Below are positions 41,949 through 52,323 of a DNA stretch of 64,000 nt, one piece after another. The notes below the pieces were generated by a model. It searched no databases, was not told where the DNA came from, and saw nothing but the letters and a program-made list of their open reading frames with translations. Numbering within the stretch: the first letter of the stretch is position 1; each line of letters opens with the position of its first letter. This DNA comes from Candidatus Pelagibacter sp. GTDB lineage: Bacteria; Pseudomonadota; Alphaproteobacteria; Pelagibacterales; Pelagibacteraceae. Made by a program: the position numbers and the translations under genes. The stretch is from positions 5,458 through 69,457 of the forward strand of contig JBJLEB010000005.1 in assembly GCA_045566095.1 (NCBI GenBank), given 5' to 3'.

Positions 41949-43208
41949 ATGAGTGATCACGAATATACCCCTAAATCAAAAGCTGGAAAATGGTTTAACG
42001 ATCGTTTACCATTATTGACATTAGGATCTCATTTAACAGACTATCCTACTCCAAAAAATTTAAATTATTGGTGGACTTTTGGTGGAATACTAACTTTTTG
42101 TTTACTAACTCAAATTATTACTGGAATAGTTTTGGCTATGCATTACGTAGCGCATGCCGACTTAGCATTTGCAAGTGTAGAACACATTATGAGAGATGTA
42201 AATTTTGGGTGGTTAATAAGATATATTCACAGCAATGGTGCATCAATGTTTTTTCTTGCAGTTTATATACATATTTTTAGATCTCTATTTTACGGCTCAT
42301 ATAAATCACCAAGAGAAGTAATTTGGATTATTGGTTTAATGATCTATGTATTAATGATGGCTGCTGCATTTATGGGTTATGTTTTACCTTGGGGTCAAAT
42401 GAGTTTTTGGGGAGCTACAGTTATAACAAATTTATTTAGTGCTATACCTTTAGTTGGAGAGAGTATTACCACTTGGTTATGGGGAGCTTACTCAGTTGAT
42501 AATCCTACTTTGAATAGATTTTTTAGTTTACATTATCTAATACCATTTTTAATTTTAGGTTTAGTAGTTTTACATATTTGGGCATTACATGTCCCAGGAA
42601 ATAATAATCCAATAGGGATTGATATAAAAAAACCATCAAAAGATACCGTTCCTTTTCATCCTTATATAACTATTAAAGATACATTTGCTTTATTAATGTT
42701 TATGATAATTTTTTCAGGTTTTGTTTTTTTTACGCCAAATATTTTAGGCCATTCAGATAATTACATTCCTGCTAACCCGTTAGTTACTCCTGCACACATT
42801 GTACCAGAGTGGTACTTACTACCCTTTTACGCAATTTTAAGATCAGTTCCAGATAAATTAGGAGGAGTTATTTTAATGTTTGGAGCAATTTTTATTCTTT
42901 TTGTTTTACCTTGGCTAGATACTTCTAAAGTTAGATCTGCAGTATTTAGACCTATCTATAGACAGTTTTATTGGATTTTTGTGGCAGATGTTCTAATGCT
43001 AGGGTACATGGGGGCAATGCCAGCAGAAGGAACTTATTTAGTCCTAGCTAGAGTTGGAACAATCTATTATTTCCTTCATTTTATAGTTGTAATGCCAGTG
43101 GTAGGTATATTGGAAAAAACTGATCCAATACCAATGAGTATTTCAGAACCAGTTTTATCTGGTGGCGCTGAACTATCTTTAGCTAAGAAGGATAATGCAA
43201 AAATTTAA
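41949..43208 (+). CDS. petB: Cytochrome b
   Basis: [20 protein letters not shown] and PEWY motifs. Confidence 0.99.
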   Translation: MSDHEYTPKSKAGKWFNDRLPLLTLGSHLTDYPTPKNLNYWWTFGGILTFCLLTQIITGIVLAMHYVAHADLAFASVEHIMRDVNFGWLIRYIHSNGASMFFLAVYIHIFRSLFYGSYKSPREVIWIIGLMIYVLMMAAAFMGYVLPWGQMSFWGATVITNLFSAIPLVGESITTWLWGAYSVDNPTLNRFFSLHYLIPFLILGLVVLHIWALHVPGNNNPIGIDIKKPSKDTVPFHPYITIKDTFALLMFMIIFSGFVFFTPNILGHSDNYIPANPLVTPAHIVPEWYLLPFYAILRSVPDKLGGVILMFGAIFILFVLPWLDTSKVRSAVFRPIYRQFYWIFVADVLMLGYMGAMPAEGTYLVLARVGTIYYFLHFIVVMPVVGILEKTDPIPMSISEPVLSGGAELSLAKKDNAKI

Positions 43209-43980
43209 TTTTAATAAATTACAGATTTTTATTTTAATAATTTTTTTCTCAATTAATCATTTGCATAGCGCAGAGTCGACTGATCCTATTAAAGTAAAAT
43301 GGAGTTTTAAAGGTTTAACTGGCAAATTTGATAGAGCATCTCTGCAAAGAGGATTTCAAGTTTATAAAGAAGTTTGTTCTTCTTGTCATTCAATGCAATA
43401 TCTTAGTTATAGAAATTTAGGAGAGCCTGGAGGGCCCGAGTTTTCTGAAGTAGAGGTAAAAGCTATTGCTGCTAGCGTAGAAATAGAGGATGGTCCAGAC
43501 GATCAGGGAGAAATGTTTTCAAGGCCTGGAAGACCATCTGATAAGTTTAAAAGTCCGTACCCAAATATAAATGCCTCTATAGCAGCCAATGGAGGAGCGT
43601 ACCCGCCAGATATGTCAGTTTTAGTTAAAGCAAGACCAGGCGGGTCGAATTATATTTATTCTGTGTTAATGGGATATGAAGAACCGCCCGAGGGCATAAC
43701 ATTAGATGATGGTGTTTATTACAATAAATATATGATTGGAAATAAAATCAAAATGTCATCACCGTTATCAGAAGGGATAATTGAATACTCAGATGGGACA
43801 AATGCTTCAGTGGATCAAATGGCGAAAGATGTTACAACTTTTTTATCATGGGCAGCAGAACCTGAGCTTGAGGAAAGACACAGGACAGGAGTGAAGGTTA
43901 TTATTTATTTAATATTACTAACTACTTTAGTTTATTTGAGTATGAAGAAAATATGGTCAAGGATTGACTCTGAAATATAA
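43195..43980 (+). CDS. petC: Cytochrome c1
   Basis: QRGFQVY.EVCSSCH heme motif, PPDMS, FL.WAAEP and C-terminal TM anchor. Confidence 0.98.
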   Translation: MQKFNFNKLQIFILIIFFSINHLHSAESTDPIKVKWSFKGLTGKFDRASLQRGFQVYKEVCSSCHSMQYLSYRNLGEPGGPEFSEVEVKAIAASVEIEDGPDDQGEMFSRPGRPSDKFKSPYPNINASIAANGGAYPPDMSVLVKARPGGSNYIYSVLMGYEEPPEGITLDDGVYYNKYMIGNKIKMSSPLSEGIIEYSDGTNASVDQMAKDVTTFLSWAAEPELEERHRTGVKVIIYLILLTTLVYLSMKKIWSRIDSEI

Positions 43981-45027
43981 TACATCTCCGTCTTTAACTA
44001 CGTAATCTTTACCCTCTATTCTCAACTTTCCATTTTCTTTACATTTCTCAGAGCTACCAAACTTTATAAAATCAGCGCATGTCACGGCCTCAGCTCTTAT
44101 AAAATTTTTTTCAAAGTCCGTATGAATCACGCTAGCTGCTTTAGGCGCTAGTGTATTTTTTTTTATTGTCCATGCTCTACTTTCTTCAGGGCCTGAAGTA
44201 AAAAAAGTATCTAAATTTAAAAGGTCATACCCTTCTTTGATAAGTTGGTTCAGACCAGTTTTATCAAGGCCAACTTCTTTCATAAAAGACTCTCGTTCAC
44301 TTTTATCTAAACCCATTATTTGATCCTCTATATCGGCACAGATAATTACAACTTTTTCTTCAGAGTAATTATCTTTTATACTTTTTGTAAATTTGTTTCC
44401 AATTGAAACACTATCTTCATCAACATTACAAACAATTATTTTTGGCTTAATGCTTAATAGGCCCATACTAGATAAAAATCTATTTTCTTCCTCATTATCA
44501 CTTGTTGTGTCTTCTCCTTTATCTAATTGAACTAATTTATTTTCTAGCATTATTATCTCTTTTTCACTAAGTAATTTCTTTTTACTTTTTTCTAATTTCT
44601 TTCGTATTATATCAATATCAGAGAGAATTATTTCTGTTTTAATTGTTTCTAAATCTCTAACAGGGTTTATCTCTGAATCTACATGAGTAATTTTATCAGA
44701 CTCAAAACATCTGACTAAATGAATAATTGCATCTACCTCCCTTATATGAGCAAGAAACTTATTCCCTAAACCTTCTCCTTTAGATGCTCCTTTTACCAGG
44801 CCGGCTATGTCAACAAAAGTTATATTGGTATAAATTTTTTTTTTTGAATTAGACAATTTAGATAAATTATCCAGACGCTCATCCAAAACATCCACTATAC
44901 CTATATTTGGATCAATAGTGCAAAAAGGAAAGTTTGCGGCTTCAGCATTTTTTGAGGCAGTTAAAGCATTAAATAAAGTAGACTTTCCCACATTAGGAAG
45001 TCCTACGATTCCACATTTAAAACCCAT
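43957..45027 (-). CDS. ychF: Redox-regulated ATPase YchF
   Basis: GIVGLPNVGKSTLFNALT, ANFPFCTI.PN and DIAGLVKGAS.GEGLGN motifs. Confidence 0.98.
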   Translation of the reverse strand: MGFKCGIVGLPNVGKSTLFNALTASKNAEAANFPFCTIDPNIGIVDVLDERLDNLSKLSNSKKKIYTNITFVDIAGLVKGASKGEGLGNKFLAHIREVDAIIHLVRCFESDKITHVDSEINPVRDLETIKTEIILSDIDIIRKKLEKSKKKLLSEKEIIMLENKLVQLDKGEDTTSDNEEENRFLSSMGLLSIKPKIIVCNVDEDSVSIGNKFTKSIKDNYSEEKVVIICADIEDQIMGLDKSERESFMKEVGLDKTGLNQLIKEGYDLLNLDTFFTSGPEESRAWTIKKNTLAPKAASVIHTDFEKNFIRAEAVTCADFIKFGSSEKCKENGKLRIEGKDYVVKDGDVLYFRVNP

Positions 45028-45589
45028 TAAGATTTTGATTAACCTTACTAGAAAATAAGTCTATTTTTTTGTCAATAAGAGTAGGAATTAATCTAACAAT
45101 ATTTTCAGTAATTTCTTGTATTTTATCTTCTTCATCTTCTTTAAAATCCTCCAGAACATGATTATTAACTTTCTTTTTAATCTTTGGATGACCAATACCC
45201 ACTCTGACTCTTGAATAATCTTTTCCTATAAATTTATCAATTGACTCGATTCCATTGTGACCAGCACTACTTCCTCCAAACTTAGCCTTTATTTTTCCAA
45301 AATCAATATCCATATCATCATGAAAAACAAAAACATCTTTAGCTTCAATTTTGAAATAGTCTATCAATTCCTTAATCGCTGTTCCTGAATTATTCATAAA
45401 AGTTAAAGGTTTAATAGCATATATTTTTTTTGACTCGATGTTACCTGTTGTTAATAAACCTTTAAATTTTGGTTTTTGTTTTGATAATTTAAAGTGGAGA
45501 TTAATCGCATCAATAATTTTGAAACCGATATTGTGTCTTGTATTCGTGTAATTAGAACCAGGATTTCCAAGTCCGACAAGTAAAAGCAT
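45017..45589 (-). CDS. pth: Peptidyl-tRNA hydrolase
   Basis: VGLGNPG..Y..TRHN.GF, KP.TFMN.SG, HDD.D and GHNG motifs. Confidence 0.98.
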   Translation of the reverse strand: MLLLVGLGNPGSNYTNTRHNIGFKIIDAINLHFKLSKQKPKFKGLLTTGNIESKKIYAIKPLTFMNNSGTAIKELIDYFKIEAKDVFVFHDDMDIDFGKIKAKFGGSSAGHNGIESIDKFIGKDYSRVRVGIGHPKIKKKVNNHVLEDFKEDEEDKIQEITENIVRLIPTLIDKKIDLFSSKVNQNLNGF

Positions 45590-45594
45590 ATTAA

Positions 45595-46344
45595 TTATTT
45601 TTTTTCAGCAGGTTTCTTTTCAGTAGCTTTTTTATCTTCAGATTTTTTATCAGTTGAGCCTTCTTTTCCTTTGTCATCTTTTTTTGCTGTATCTCCGTCT
45701 TTAGCTGCTACCTCTGCACCTTCGGCTGGAGCTTCACCTTCAGCACCTTCAGCTGCTACCTCAGCAGGTTTCTCAGGTTCTTTAATTACTGTAGGAGCTG
45801 CAACTGTAGCAATTACAAAGTCCCTATCAGTAATTGTAGGAGTTACGTTTTCAGGAAGTTTTACGGAAGATATTTTTATACTTGTTCCAATATCTGTACC
45901 AGTTAAATCAATTGTTATATCGTTAGGTATATTTTCGGCAGGACATTTTAATTCAACTGCTCTACGAACTATATTTAGAACTCCACCTCTTTTTAAGCCA
46001 GGCGAGTCAGAATGTTTAATAAATATTACTGGTATATCAATAACTATTTTTTTTCCAGAAACTATTCTCATAAAGTCAATATGAATAGGTTCATCAGAAA
46101 CCACATGGTAAGAAACTTCACGAGGAAGAACTTTTTCTTTTTTCCCCTCTATATCTAGCTCAAGTACTTTTGATAAAAAAGTATCTGAATTAATTATGTC
46201 TCTAACATCTTTCTTTTCAATAGAAATTTTTTGATTAGGATTTTTTCCTCCATATAAAATGGCTGGTATAAATCCTGTTGCTCTCAACTTATTTGTTGAA
46301 CCAGCTGAAACGTTTTCTCTTTTTATTGCTTTTAAGTTGCTCAT
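45595..46344 (-). CDS. rplY: 50S ribosomal protein bL25 / general stress protein Ctc
   Basis: R..G.IPA.LYG, H.DF.R and PG.KRGG.LN motifs; low-complexity A/E/K tail. Confidence 0.96.
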   Translation of the reverse strand: MSNLKAIKRENVSAGSTNKLRATGFIPAILYGGKNPNQKISIEKKDVRDIINSDTFLSKVLELDIEGKKEKVLPREVSYHVVSDEPIHIDFMRIVSGKKIVIDIPVIFIKHSDSPGLKRGGVLNIVRRAVELKCPAENIPNDITIDLTGTDIGTSIKISSVKLPENVTPTITDRDFVIATVAAPTVIKEPEKPAEVAAEGAEGEAPAEGAEVAAKDGDTAKKDDKGKEGSTDKKSEDKKATEKKPAEKK

Positions 46345-46365
46345 TTAATCTTTTATTGGAAAAGG

Positions 46366-46394
46366 TATATAACTCAACTTATTTCATAAAACAA
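46366..46394 (-). promoter_or_regulatory. Candidate sigma70 promoter for rplY-pth-ychF
   Basis: Minus strand TTGTTT (46394-46389), 17-nt spacer, TATATA (46371-46366). Confidence 0.45.
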
Positions 46395-46397
46395 GTA

Positions 46398-47330
46398 TTA
46401 ATTAAACAAATCTGATACAGAGTTTGAATTAGCTATTCTTTTAATTGCTTCAGACATTAATGATGAGATAGATATGACCTCAATTTTATTGTTATTTTTA
46501 ATTTTATGAGAATTATCAATTGTGTCAGTGATTATCAGTTTCTTAATTTTTGAATTTTTAATTTTTTTAACAGCATCACCGCTAAGAACTGCATGAGTTA
46601 TAAACACAAAGACTTCGACAGCCCCAGCTTTTTTTAAAGCCTCGACAGCGTTTACTATAGTTCCTCCACTATCAATTATATCATCAACAATAATACATGT
46701 TTTTCCTTTAACATTTCCAATTATATTCATCACCTGTGATTGACCAGGCTTAGATCTTCTTTTATCTATTATTGCTAGGTCAGCTTTTATTCTTGTAGCT
46801 AAACCTCTGGTCCTTTGCACACCTCCTACATCTGGAGATACACAAATTAATTTTTTACTATTAAATTTTTTTTTAATATATTTTGCAAATAAAGGAGTAG
46901 TAAACAAGTTATCTACTGGCATATCAAAAAATCCTTGAATTTGTCCAGCATGTAAATCTACAGTTACAACTCTACTTGCCCCAGCGTTTGTAATTAAATT
47001 GGCAACAACTTTAGCTGAAATTGAAGTTCTTGGAGCTACTTTTCTATCTTGTCTTGCGTAACCAAAGTAAGGAATTACTGCGGTGATATTTTTTGCTGAA
47101 GATCTTTTTAGTGCGTCGATAACTAAAAGAAGCTCCATTAAATTATCATTTGCAGGATTTGAAGTTGATTGAATTACAAAAACACTATTTCCTCTTATAT
47201 TCTCGTTAATCTCTATATAGATTTCACCATCAGCAAATCTTCTTATATTGGTATTAACTAATTTTAATTTTAATTTTTTTGAAATTTCCTTGCTTAACTT
47301 AAGGTTACTTGTTCCAGATAAAATTTTCAT
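46398..47330 (-). CDS. prs: Ribose-phosphate pyrophosphokinase
   Basis: F.DGE, PYFGYARQDRK, DLHAGQIQGFF, VSPDVGG and VDDIIDSGGT motifs. Confidence 0.98.
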   Translation of the reverse strand: MKILSGTSNLKLSKEISKKLKLKLVNTNIRRFADGEIYIEINENIRGNSVFVIQSTSNPANDNLMELLLVIDALKRSSAKNITAVIPYFGYARQDRKVAPRTSISAKVVANLITNAGASRVVTVDLHAGQIQGFFDMPVDNLFTTPLFAKYIKKKFNSKKLICVSPDVGGVQRTRGLATRIKADLAIIDKRRSKPGQSQVMNIIGNVKGKTCIIVDDIIDSGGTIVNAVEALKKAGAVEVFVFITHAVLSGDAVKKIKNSKIKKLIITDTIDNSHKIKNNNKIEVISISSLMSEAIKRIANSNSVSDLFN

Positions 47331-47476
47331 GAAATGTAATTACTTATACATTTATTTTTAAATATTTTCAAACCAAATCCAATTATATGTTGTTGAAGAT
47401 TTATGCGTTAAAGAGCTTTAACAATTGTAAGTGTAATAATTAATTTTGGCTAAACTTAGACAGTTTTTTGAATTGA

Positions 47477-48235
47477 TCATGAAACAATACTAATTACAGA
47501 AATACACCTACCGTAATCTTTTTGACCTAATTTTTGCGACCTCCTGTAGCTAAAAAATCTATTTTTTTCCTTATATGTATCATGATTCACATGATCAACT
47601 TTGACATTAAGATTTATGAGTTTATCATTTACAAATTTTCTAAGATTAAATAACTTTTTATTATTATTCTTCTTTACAAAATAAGATGCGTTTTTTCTAG
47701 ATTTAGATATAAATTTTTTGTAAAAATTTATATCTACTTCATAACTTTTGTTTCCAATACAAGGACCCACACTAGCAAAAATTTTATTATTTGAATTAAG
47801 TTTTTTAAATTTTTTTATTGTGTTCTCAATTATTCCTGATAAAGCTCCCTTCCAACCTGCGTGAGCACAACCTATTGATTTATTTTTAATATCATACAAA
47901 ATAATCGGAACACAATCTGCAGTAACAACTCCTAAAGTAATTCCTTTTAATTTTGTTATAACAGCATCACAATTAAATTTTTTAGAGTTTATATTCTTTT
48001 TATTAATTATAATTACTCTATTACTATGAGTTTGATTCATTAGAGATAATTTTTTTTTAGCTATATTAATTTTTTTTGATATGACGGATAAATTTTTATT
48101 AACATTTTTCTTACTATCTTTTGATCCCGTACCACAATTAAGGCTTTGGTAAATTCCTTTTGAAAATCCGCCTTTTCTTGAGAAAAAACAGTGTTTAATA
48201 TTTTTAAATTTTTTTAAATTTTTGGAGTAATACAT
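47477..48235 (-). CDS. pgeF: YfiH/PgeF family protein (purine nucleoside phosphorylase-like)
   Basis: F..R.GG.S, SLN.G, Q.HS, TADCVP, HAGWKG, GPCI and FFSYRR motifs. Confidence 0.93.
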   Translation of the reverse strand: MYYSKNLKKFKNIKHCFFSRKGGFSKGIYQSLNCGTGSKDSKKNVNKNLSVISKKINIAKKKLSLMNQTHSNRVIIINKKNINSKKFNCDAVITKLKGITLGVVTADCVPIILYDIKNKSIGCAHAGWKGALSGIIENTIKKFKKLNSNNKIFASVGPCIGNKSYEVDINFYKKFISKSRKNASYFVKKNNNKKLFNLRKFVNDKLINLNVKVDHVNHDTYKEKNRFFSYRRSQKLGQKDYGRCISVISIVS

Positions 48236-49299
48236 TATTCAAATCCTAGAAAGTTATCTTTTTTAAATTTATATGCAAATATCACTTTAAATAAACTACC
48301 CATCATTTTAGCGTCTAGTAATCTTTTTAATCTCAAATATAAATTGGACTTTTCTTTAAAACTCATTTTTCTGCTTAAATTTTCAGCTCTTTCAATAATC
48401 CCCATTCTTTCCAAAAAAAATTTTTGAGTGACGATTTTTTTAACTTTTAAATTATTTTTAATAAAATACTCATTTAAAAGTTTAAAATTAACTAAAGAGG
48501 TTATGTCTGCTTTACCTAAATTATTAAGTAAATTATTTCGCCTATGTTTAATAAGTGATTGTAATGTATTTTTATTTTGAGGTATTAGATAACCATAATC
48601 AATGAGCAGAATACCTCCATTAAGTCTTAATATTTTTTTACTTATTTTTTTTAATTCAGTTAAACCTAATTTTGGAAATTCAAGAAATTTTAAATTATTA
48701 AAAGTTTTGAATTTTTTAATCTGAGAAATATCTTTAGCAGAAGCTTTTCTATAAATTTCATTAATCTCATTTTGCTCATCTAATGAAAAATTTTTTTCTA
48801 ATAAAGTATTTTTTTTCTGAAAAAATTGCTTAATTGGTATTGCATCAAAGAATTCATTGCCAAAAAAAATAACTGGCCCTGTTTTGATACTAGTAAAATT
48901 ATTAATCCATTTTACTTTTGAATTATTTATATTTTTTTTTTGAATTTTTTTTAATAGATTGCTTTTTTCATATAAAAAAATATTTACCGCCTTATTAAAT
49001 TTAGGAAATTTTTTAAATGTACTTAGTAAAGTTTTGATTAGATTTCCATCTCCAGGACCAAGTTCAACTATATTAATTTTTTTGGGCTTCCCTAAAGTTA
49101 TCCAAGTAGACAGGAGCCATATTCCAATTATCTCAGAAAATAAAATAGAAATTCCTGGAGCAGTTAAAAAATCTCCCGACTTACCGAATGGATTATTTGA
49201 TGAATAATAACCAATTTTTTTATTGAAAAGTACATTTTCAATAAATTCATCTACAGGAAGTGTTTTTGTATTATAAAAAAATTTTTGATTAGATATCAT
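48235..49299 (-). CDS. MidA/NDUFAF7 family SAM-dependent methyltransferase
   Basis: GYY.....FG..GDF.TAP.IS..F.E, ELGPG.G, NEFFDA.P, IDYGY and ADIT..VNF motifs; lgt-midA-pgeF synteny. Confidence 0.92.
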   Translation of the reverse strand: MISNQKFFYNTKTLPVDEFIENVLFNKKIGYYSSNNPFGKSGDFLTAPGISILFSEIIGIWLLSTWITLGKPKKINIVELGPGDGNLIKTLLSTFKKFPKFNKAVNIFLYEKSNLLKKIQKKNINNSKVKWINNFTSIKTGPVIFFGNEFFDAIPIKQFFQKKNTLLEKNFSLDEQNEINEIYRKASAKDISQIKKFKTFNNLKFLEFPKLGLTELKKISKKILRLNGGILLIDYGYLIPQNKNTLQSLIKHRRNNLLNNLGKADITSLVNFKLLNEYFIKNNLKVKKIVTQKFFLERMGIIERAENLSRKMSFKEKSNLYLRLKRLLDAKMMGSLFKVIFAYKFKKDNFLGFE

Positions 49300-50074
49300 T
49301 TGTTCTTAAAAAAAAAATTAAACCAGCTAATATCATAAAAAAACTTAACATCGTTCCCATACTTATTGAATTAAATAAATATCCGATTTGAGGGTCGGGC
49401 GCTCTAAAGAATTCTGATATAATTCTAAAAATTCCGTATAAAATTAAAAACATAGAGGAGCAAGTTCCAGTCTTGTAATTTTTTTTAATTATTATTAAAT
49501 TCATAATAAAAAATAAAACTATTCCTTCTAGAAATGCCTCGTATATTTGTGATGGATGTCTTGGAATATTATCTATCTTTGGGAAAATAACTCCCCAATA
49601 AACGTTGGTAGCTTTTCCAACTAATTCTCCATTTATGAAATTAGCTATACGACCAAAAAAAATACCTATCGGAGCAACACATGAAATTATATCTAATAAA
49701 AATATAGCTGGTATTTTTTTCTTTAATGAAAATAGATAAGTTCCAAATATAATTCCTATAAGCGCTCCATGAAAAGACATACCACCTTCCCAAATTTTCA
49801 AAATGTTAATAGGATTTAATAAATAATATTCTAAATTATAGAAAAAAATATATCCTAATCTTCCACCTGCTATTAAAGAAATAATTAAATAAGTAATAAG
49901 ATTATCAAATTCTTTGATATCAAATTTAAAATTTATATTATTAAATTTTTTGAGGATTATCTTTTTCCCTAACCACCATCCAATTAAAATTCCAAAAATA
50001 TAGGCTAACGAGTACCATCTAATAACTAAAAACCCAAAATTGAACAAAACTGGGTCTAAGTTATGTGTGTACAT
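49289..50074 (-). CDS. lgt: Prolipoprotein diacylglyceryl transferase
   Basis: IRWY, GGRLGY, W.GGMSFHG, GRIANFINGEL and RHPSQ.YEA motifs. Confidence 0.98.
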   Translation of the reverse strand: MYTHNLDPVLFNFGFLVIRWYSLAYIFGILIGWWLGKKIILKKFNNINFKFDIKEFDNLITYLIISLIAGGRLGYIFFYNLEYYLLNPINILKIWEGGMSFHGALIGIIFGTYLFSLKKKIPAIFLLDIISCVAPIGIFFGRIANFINGELVGKATNVYWGVIFPKIDNIPRHPSQIYEAFLEGIVLFFIMNLIIIKKNYKTGTCSSMFLILYGIFRIISEFFRAPDPQIGYLFNSISMGTMLSFFMILAGLIFFLRTNDI

Positions 50075-50125
50075 AATTTCTTATATCATATTTGAAATTA
50101 AGTTTTCTATCAAATAAGATGAATT

Positions 50126-50368
50126 ATGAATAATTCTGAAAAATTATTAAAGACTTTATCAAGCTTAATAGAGAATGGGATTTTAACTTCAAAAGATATT
50201 CAGAAAGAAATATCTACTGACCTAAAATTTAAAAGAGATAAGTTTATTAATAAGTTAGAACTAGTATCAAGAGAAGAGTTTGAAGTCTTAAAAAAATTGG
50301 TTCAAAAACAAGAAGTTTTATTAAAAAAAATATTAAAAAAGAAAATTAAAAAGGCAAAGAAATCTTAA
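50126..50368 (+). CDS. UbiK/BMFP family accessory factor
   Basis: L.LVSREEFEV motif followed by coiled coil; divergent from lgt as in other Alphaproteobacteria. Confidence 0.8.
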   Translation: MNNSEKLLKTLSSLIENGILTSKDIQKEISTDLKFKRDKFINKLELVSREEFEVLKKLVQKQEVLLKKILKKKIKKAKKS

Positions 50369-51665
50369 CTTGAAGTCCATTGTGCTTACTTTGTCCTAAT
50401 TGAATATTTCCTCCATGAGAATTTATCACATCTTCAACTATTGCTAGACCTAAACCAACCCCTGACAGATTAAGGCTTCTACTTTTATCAAGCCTAAAAA
50501 AAGGTTTAAAAACATTTTTGTACTGGTCTTCAGGTATTCCTGGACCATCATCTTCTATATTTACCACCACTCTTTTGGAACTCTTTTGAAAACTTACGTA
50601 GACTTTTTTTCCATAGGTTAAACCATTTTGAATAACATTTTCAAAACATCTTTTTAAAGCTGAAACTCTTCCTTTCAAAACTGTTTTATCTAAATTTTCA
50701 ATAAATAAATTGTCACTTTTGATGTCTTTTTTAATTTCACCAAATAAATTAGATAAATTAATTGCAGAAGTTTCCTCTTGGGCTTGAGTTTTTGCAAATT
50801 GCAAATAATCATTTAGCATATTTTCCATTTCATCAATATCTTTTGACATATTTTCTGAAATATTTTTTTGACTTATCATTGCCAGTTGGAGTTTAAGTCT
50901 TGTTAGAGGTGTTCTTAAATCATGACTTATCCCAGATAGCATTTCAGACCTTTGATTTAGGTGACGATTTATTCTTTTTGCCATCCTATCAAATTCGTAA
51001 GCAGCTTTTCTAATTTCAGCAGCTCCTGAAGGTCTGAAGTCGTTTACATAATCACCTTTACCAAATCTTTCTGCTGCTTTAGCAAGCCTAACAAGTGGTT
51101 TAGTTTGATTTTTAAGAAATACTAAAGCAATTAAAATTAAAACGATAGATGGTAACGTTGTCCATAACACAAACAGTCTTACCGAAGAAGGAGATATCAT
51201 TTCTTTAGGAACTAAAAACTCAATTACTTCATTATTCTCAAGCTTTATTTTTATTTCAACCGCATTTTTAAATTTGGATGTGTTAAACCAATAATTGTTA
51301 TTTCCAAAACTTGATTTAAGTTCTCGCCTTAATGATCTGTCCATGGGACTAAATTTTCTTTCACCACTATTTAATGGGAATGAGTTTTTATTAATGTCAA
51401 TTTCGAAATTAAAATTATTTTTATAACTATCTGTAAAAAAATCTAAATTATCTTTATTATTTATATATACATCTTGAATAGTTTTTAATTGAGAAATTAA
51501 AGAACGGGTAATATTTTTATTTGCTTTAATCCATATACTATCATAAAAAACAACAGTAATAATTAATTGTAAAATAATTGTGGGAGCTGCAACTATTATT
51601 AGAGCTCTGTAAAATAGTCTTTTAGGTAAAATAACTTTTAAAAAATTATTCAATCCAGAGAACAT
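50346..51665 (-). CDS. EnvZ-like sensor histidine kinase
   Basis: Two TM helices, HAMP, H-box SHDLRTPLTR, DDGPGIP, F.PFFR.D.SR and GLGLAIV. Confidence 0.93.
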   Translation of the reverse strand: MFSGLNNFLKVILPKRLFYRALIIVAAPTIILQLIITVVFYDSIWIKANKNITRSLISQLKTIQDVYINNKDNLDFFTDSYKNNFNFEIDINKNSFPLNSGERKFSPMDRSLRRELKSSFGNNNYWFNTSKFKNAVEIKIKLENNEVIEFLVPKEMISPSSVRLFVLWTTLPSIVLILIALVFLKNQTKPLVRLAKAAERFGKGDYVNDFRPSGAAEIRKAAYEFDRMAKRINRHLNQRSEMLSGISHDLRTPLTRLKLQLAMISQKNISENMSKDIDEMENMLNDYLQFAKTQAQEETSAINLSNLFGEIKKDIKSDNLFIENLDKTVLKGRVSALKRCFENVIQNGLTYGKKVYVSFQKSSKRVVVNIEDDGPGIPEDQYKNVFKPFFRLDKSRSLNLSGVGLGLAIVEDVINSHGGNIQLGQSKHNGLQVKISLPF

Positions 51666-52323
51666 ATCCCTCCCCCCTTATAGTTTGAAGATATTTAGGA
51701 CTCTTAGGATTCGTTTCTATCTTCTGTCTTAACCTTGTAATCATAACGTCTATTGATCTTTCTTGACTAATGCCTGATATTTTAGCGATAACTTCTCGAG
51801 AGTAAGCTTTTCCAGGATTTGCCAGCATTTCTAATAAAATTTTCTTTTCAGATAAATTTATTTTTTTATTTTTTTTATCTAAAGTTATATTCATTTTATT
51901 TAAGTCTATTTGAGCACTACCTACATAATGTTTAGAATTCAAATCAATTTGATTATTTTTATTAGTTATATTTTTTATTCTTAATAATAATTCTTTAGGC
52001 TCAAATGGTTTGCTTAAATAATCATCTGCTCCTAATTCCAAACCTTTAATTCTATTTTCAACTTCTCCTTTAGCAGTGAGTAAAATGATTGGAACTTCTA
52101 TACTTTGTTTTATTTCTTTAGTTAAATCATAGCCATTTTGTCCTGGCATCATAATATCTAATACGATTAGGTCGAATTTAAATTGAGAAATCTTAAATTT
52201 TGCATTTTCAGCATCTTCGGATGTAGAAACAATATAATTATTTTCGTTTAAATATTCTTTTAATAAATCTCTAATTCTATTGTCATCATCAACAATTAGA
52301 ATATGCTTTTTTTTATTTTCCAT
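51646..52323 (-). CDS. OmpR-family response regulator (PetR-like)
   Basis: ILIVDDD, LDIMMPG, GADDY..KPF, RSIDV.I.RLR.KIE and T.RG.GY motifs. ATG at 52323 preferred over TTG at 52329. Confidence 0.94.
   Translation of the reverse strand: MENKKKHILIVDDDNRIRDLLKEYLNENNYIVSTSEDAENAKFKISQFKFDLIVLDIMMPGQNGYDLTKEIKQSIEVPIILLTAKGEVENRIKGLELGADDYLSKPFEPKELLLRIKNITNKNNQIDLNSKHYVGSAQIDLNKMNITLDKKNKKINLSEKKILLEMLANPGKAYSREVIAKISGISQERSIDVMITRLRQKIETNPKSPKYLQTIRGEGYVLWIE

Noticed and set aside
45671-46084. 137-aa Ser/Ala-rich plus-strand ORF
   Set aside because: Mirror of rplY codons on the opposite strand.
47408-47422. CtrA box
   Set aside because: The TTAA half-sites are 6 nt apart rather than 7, and TTAA is very frequent here.
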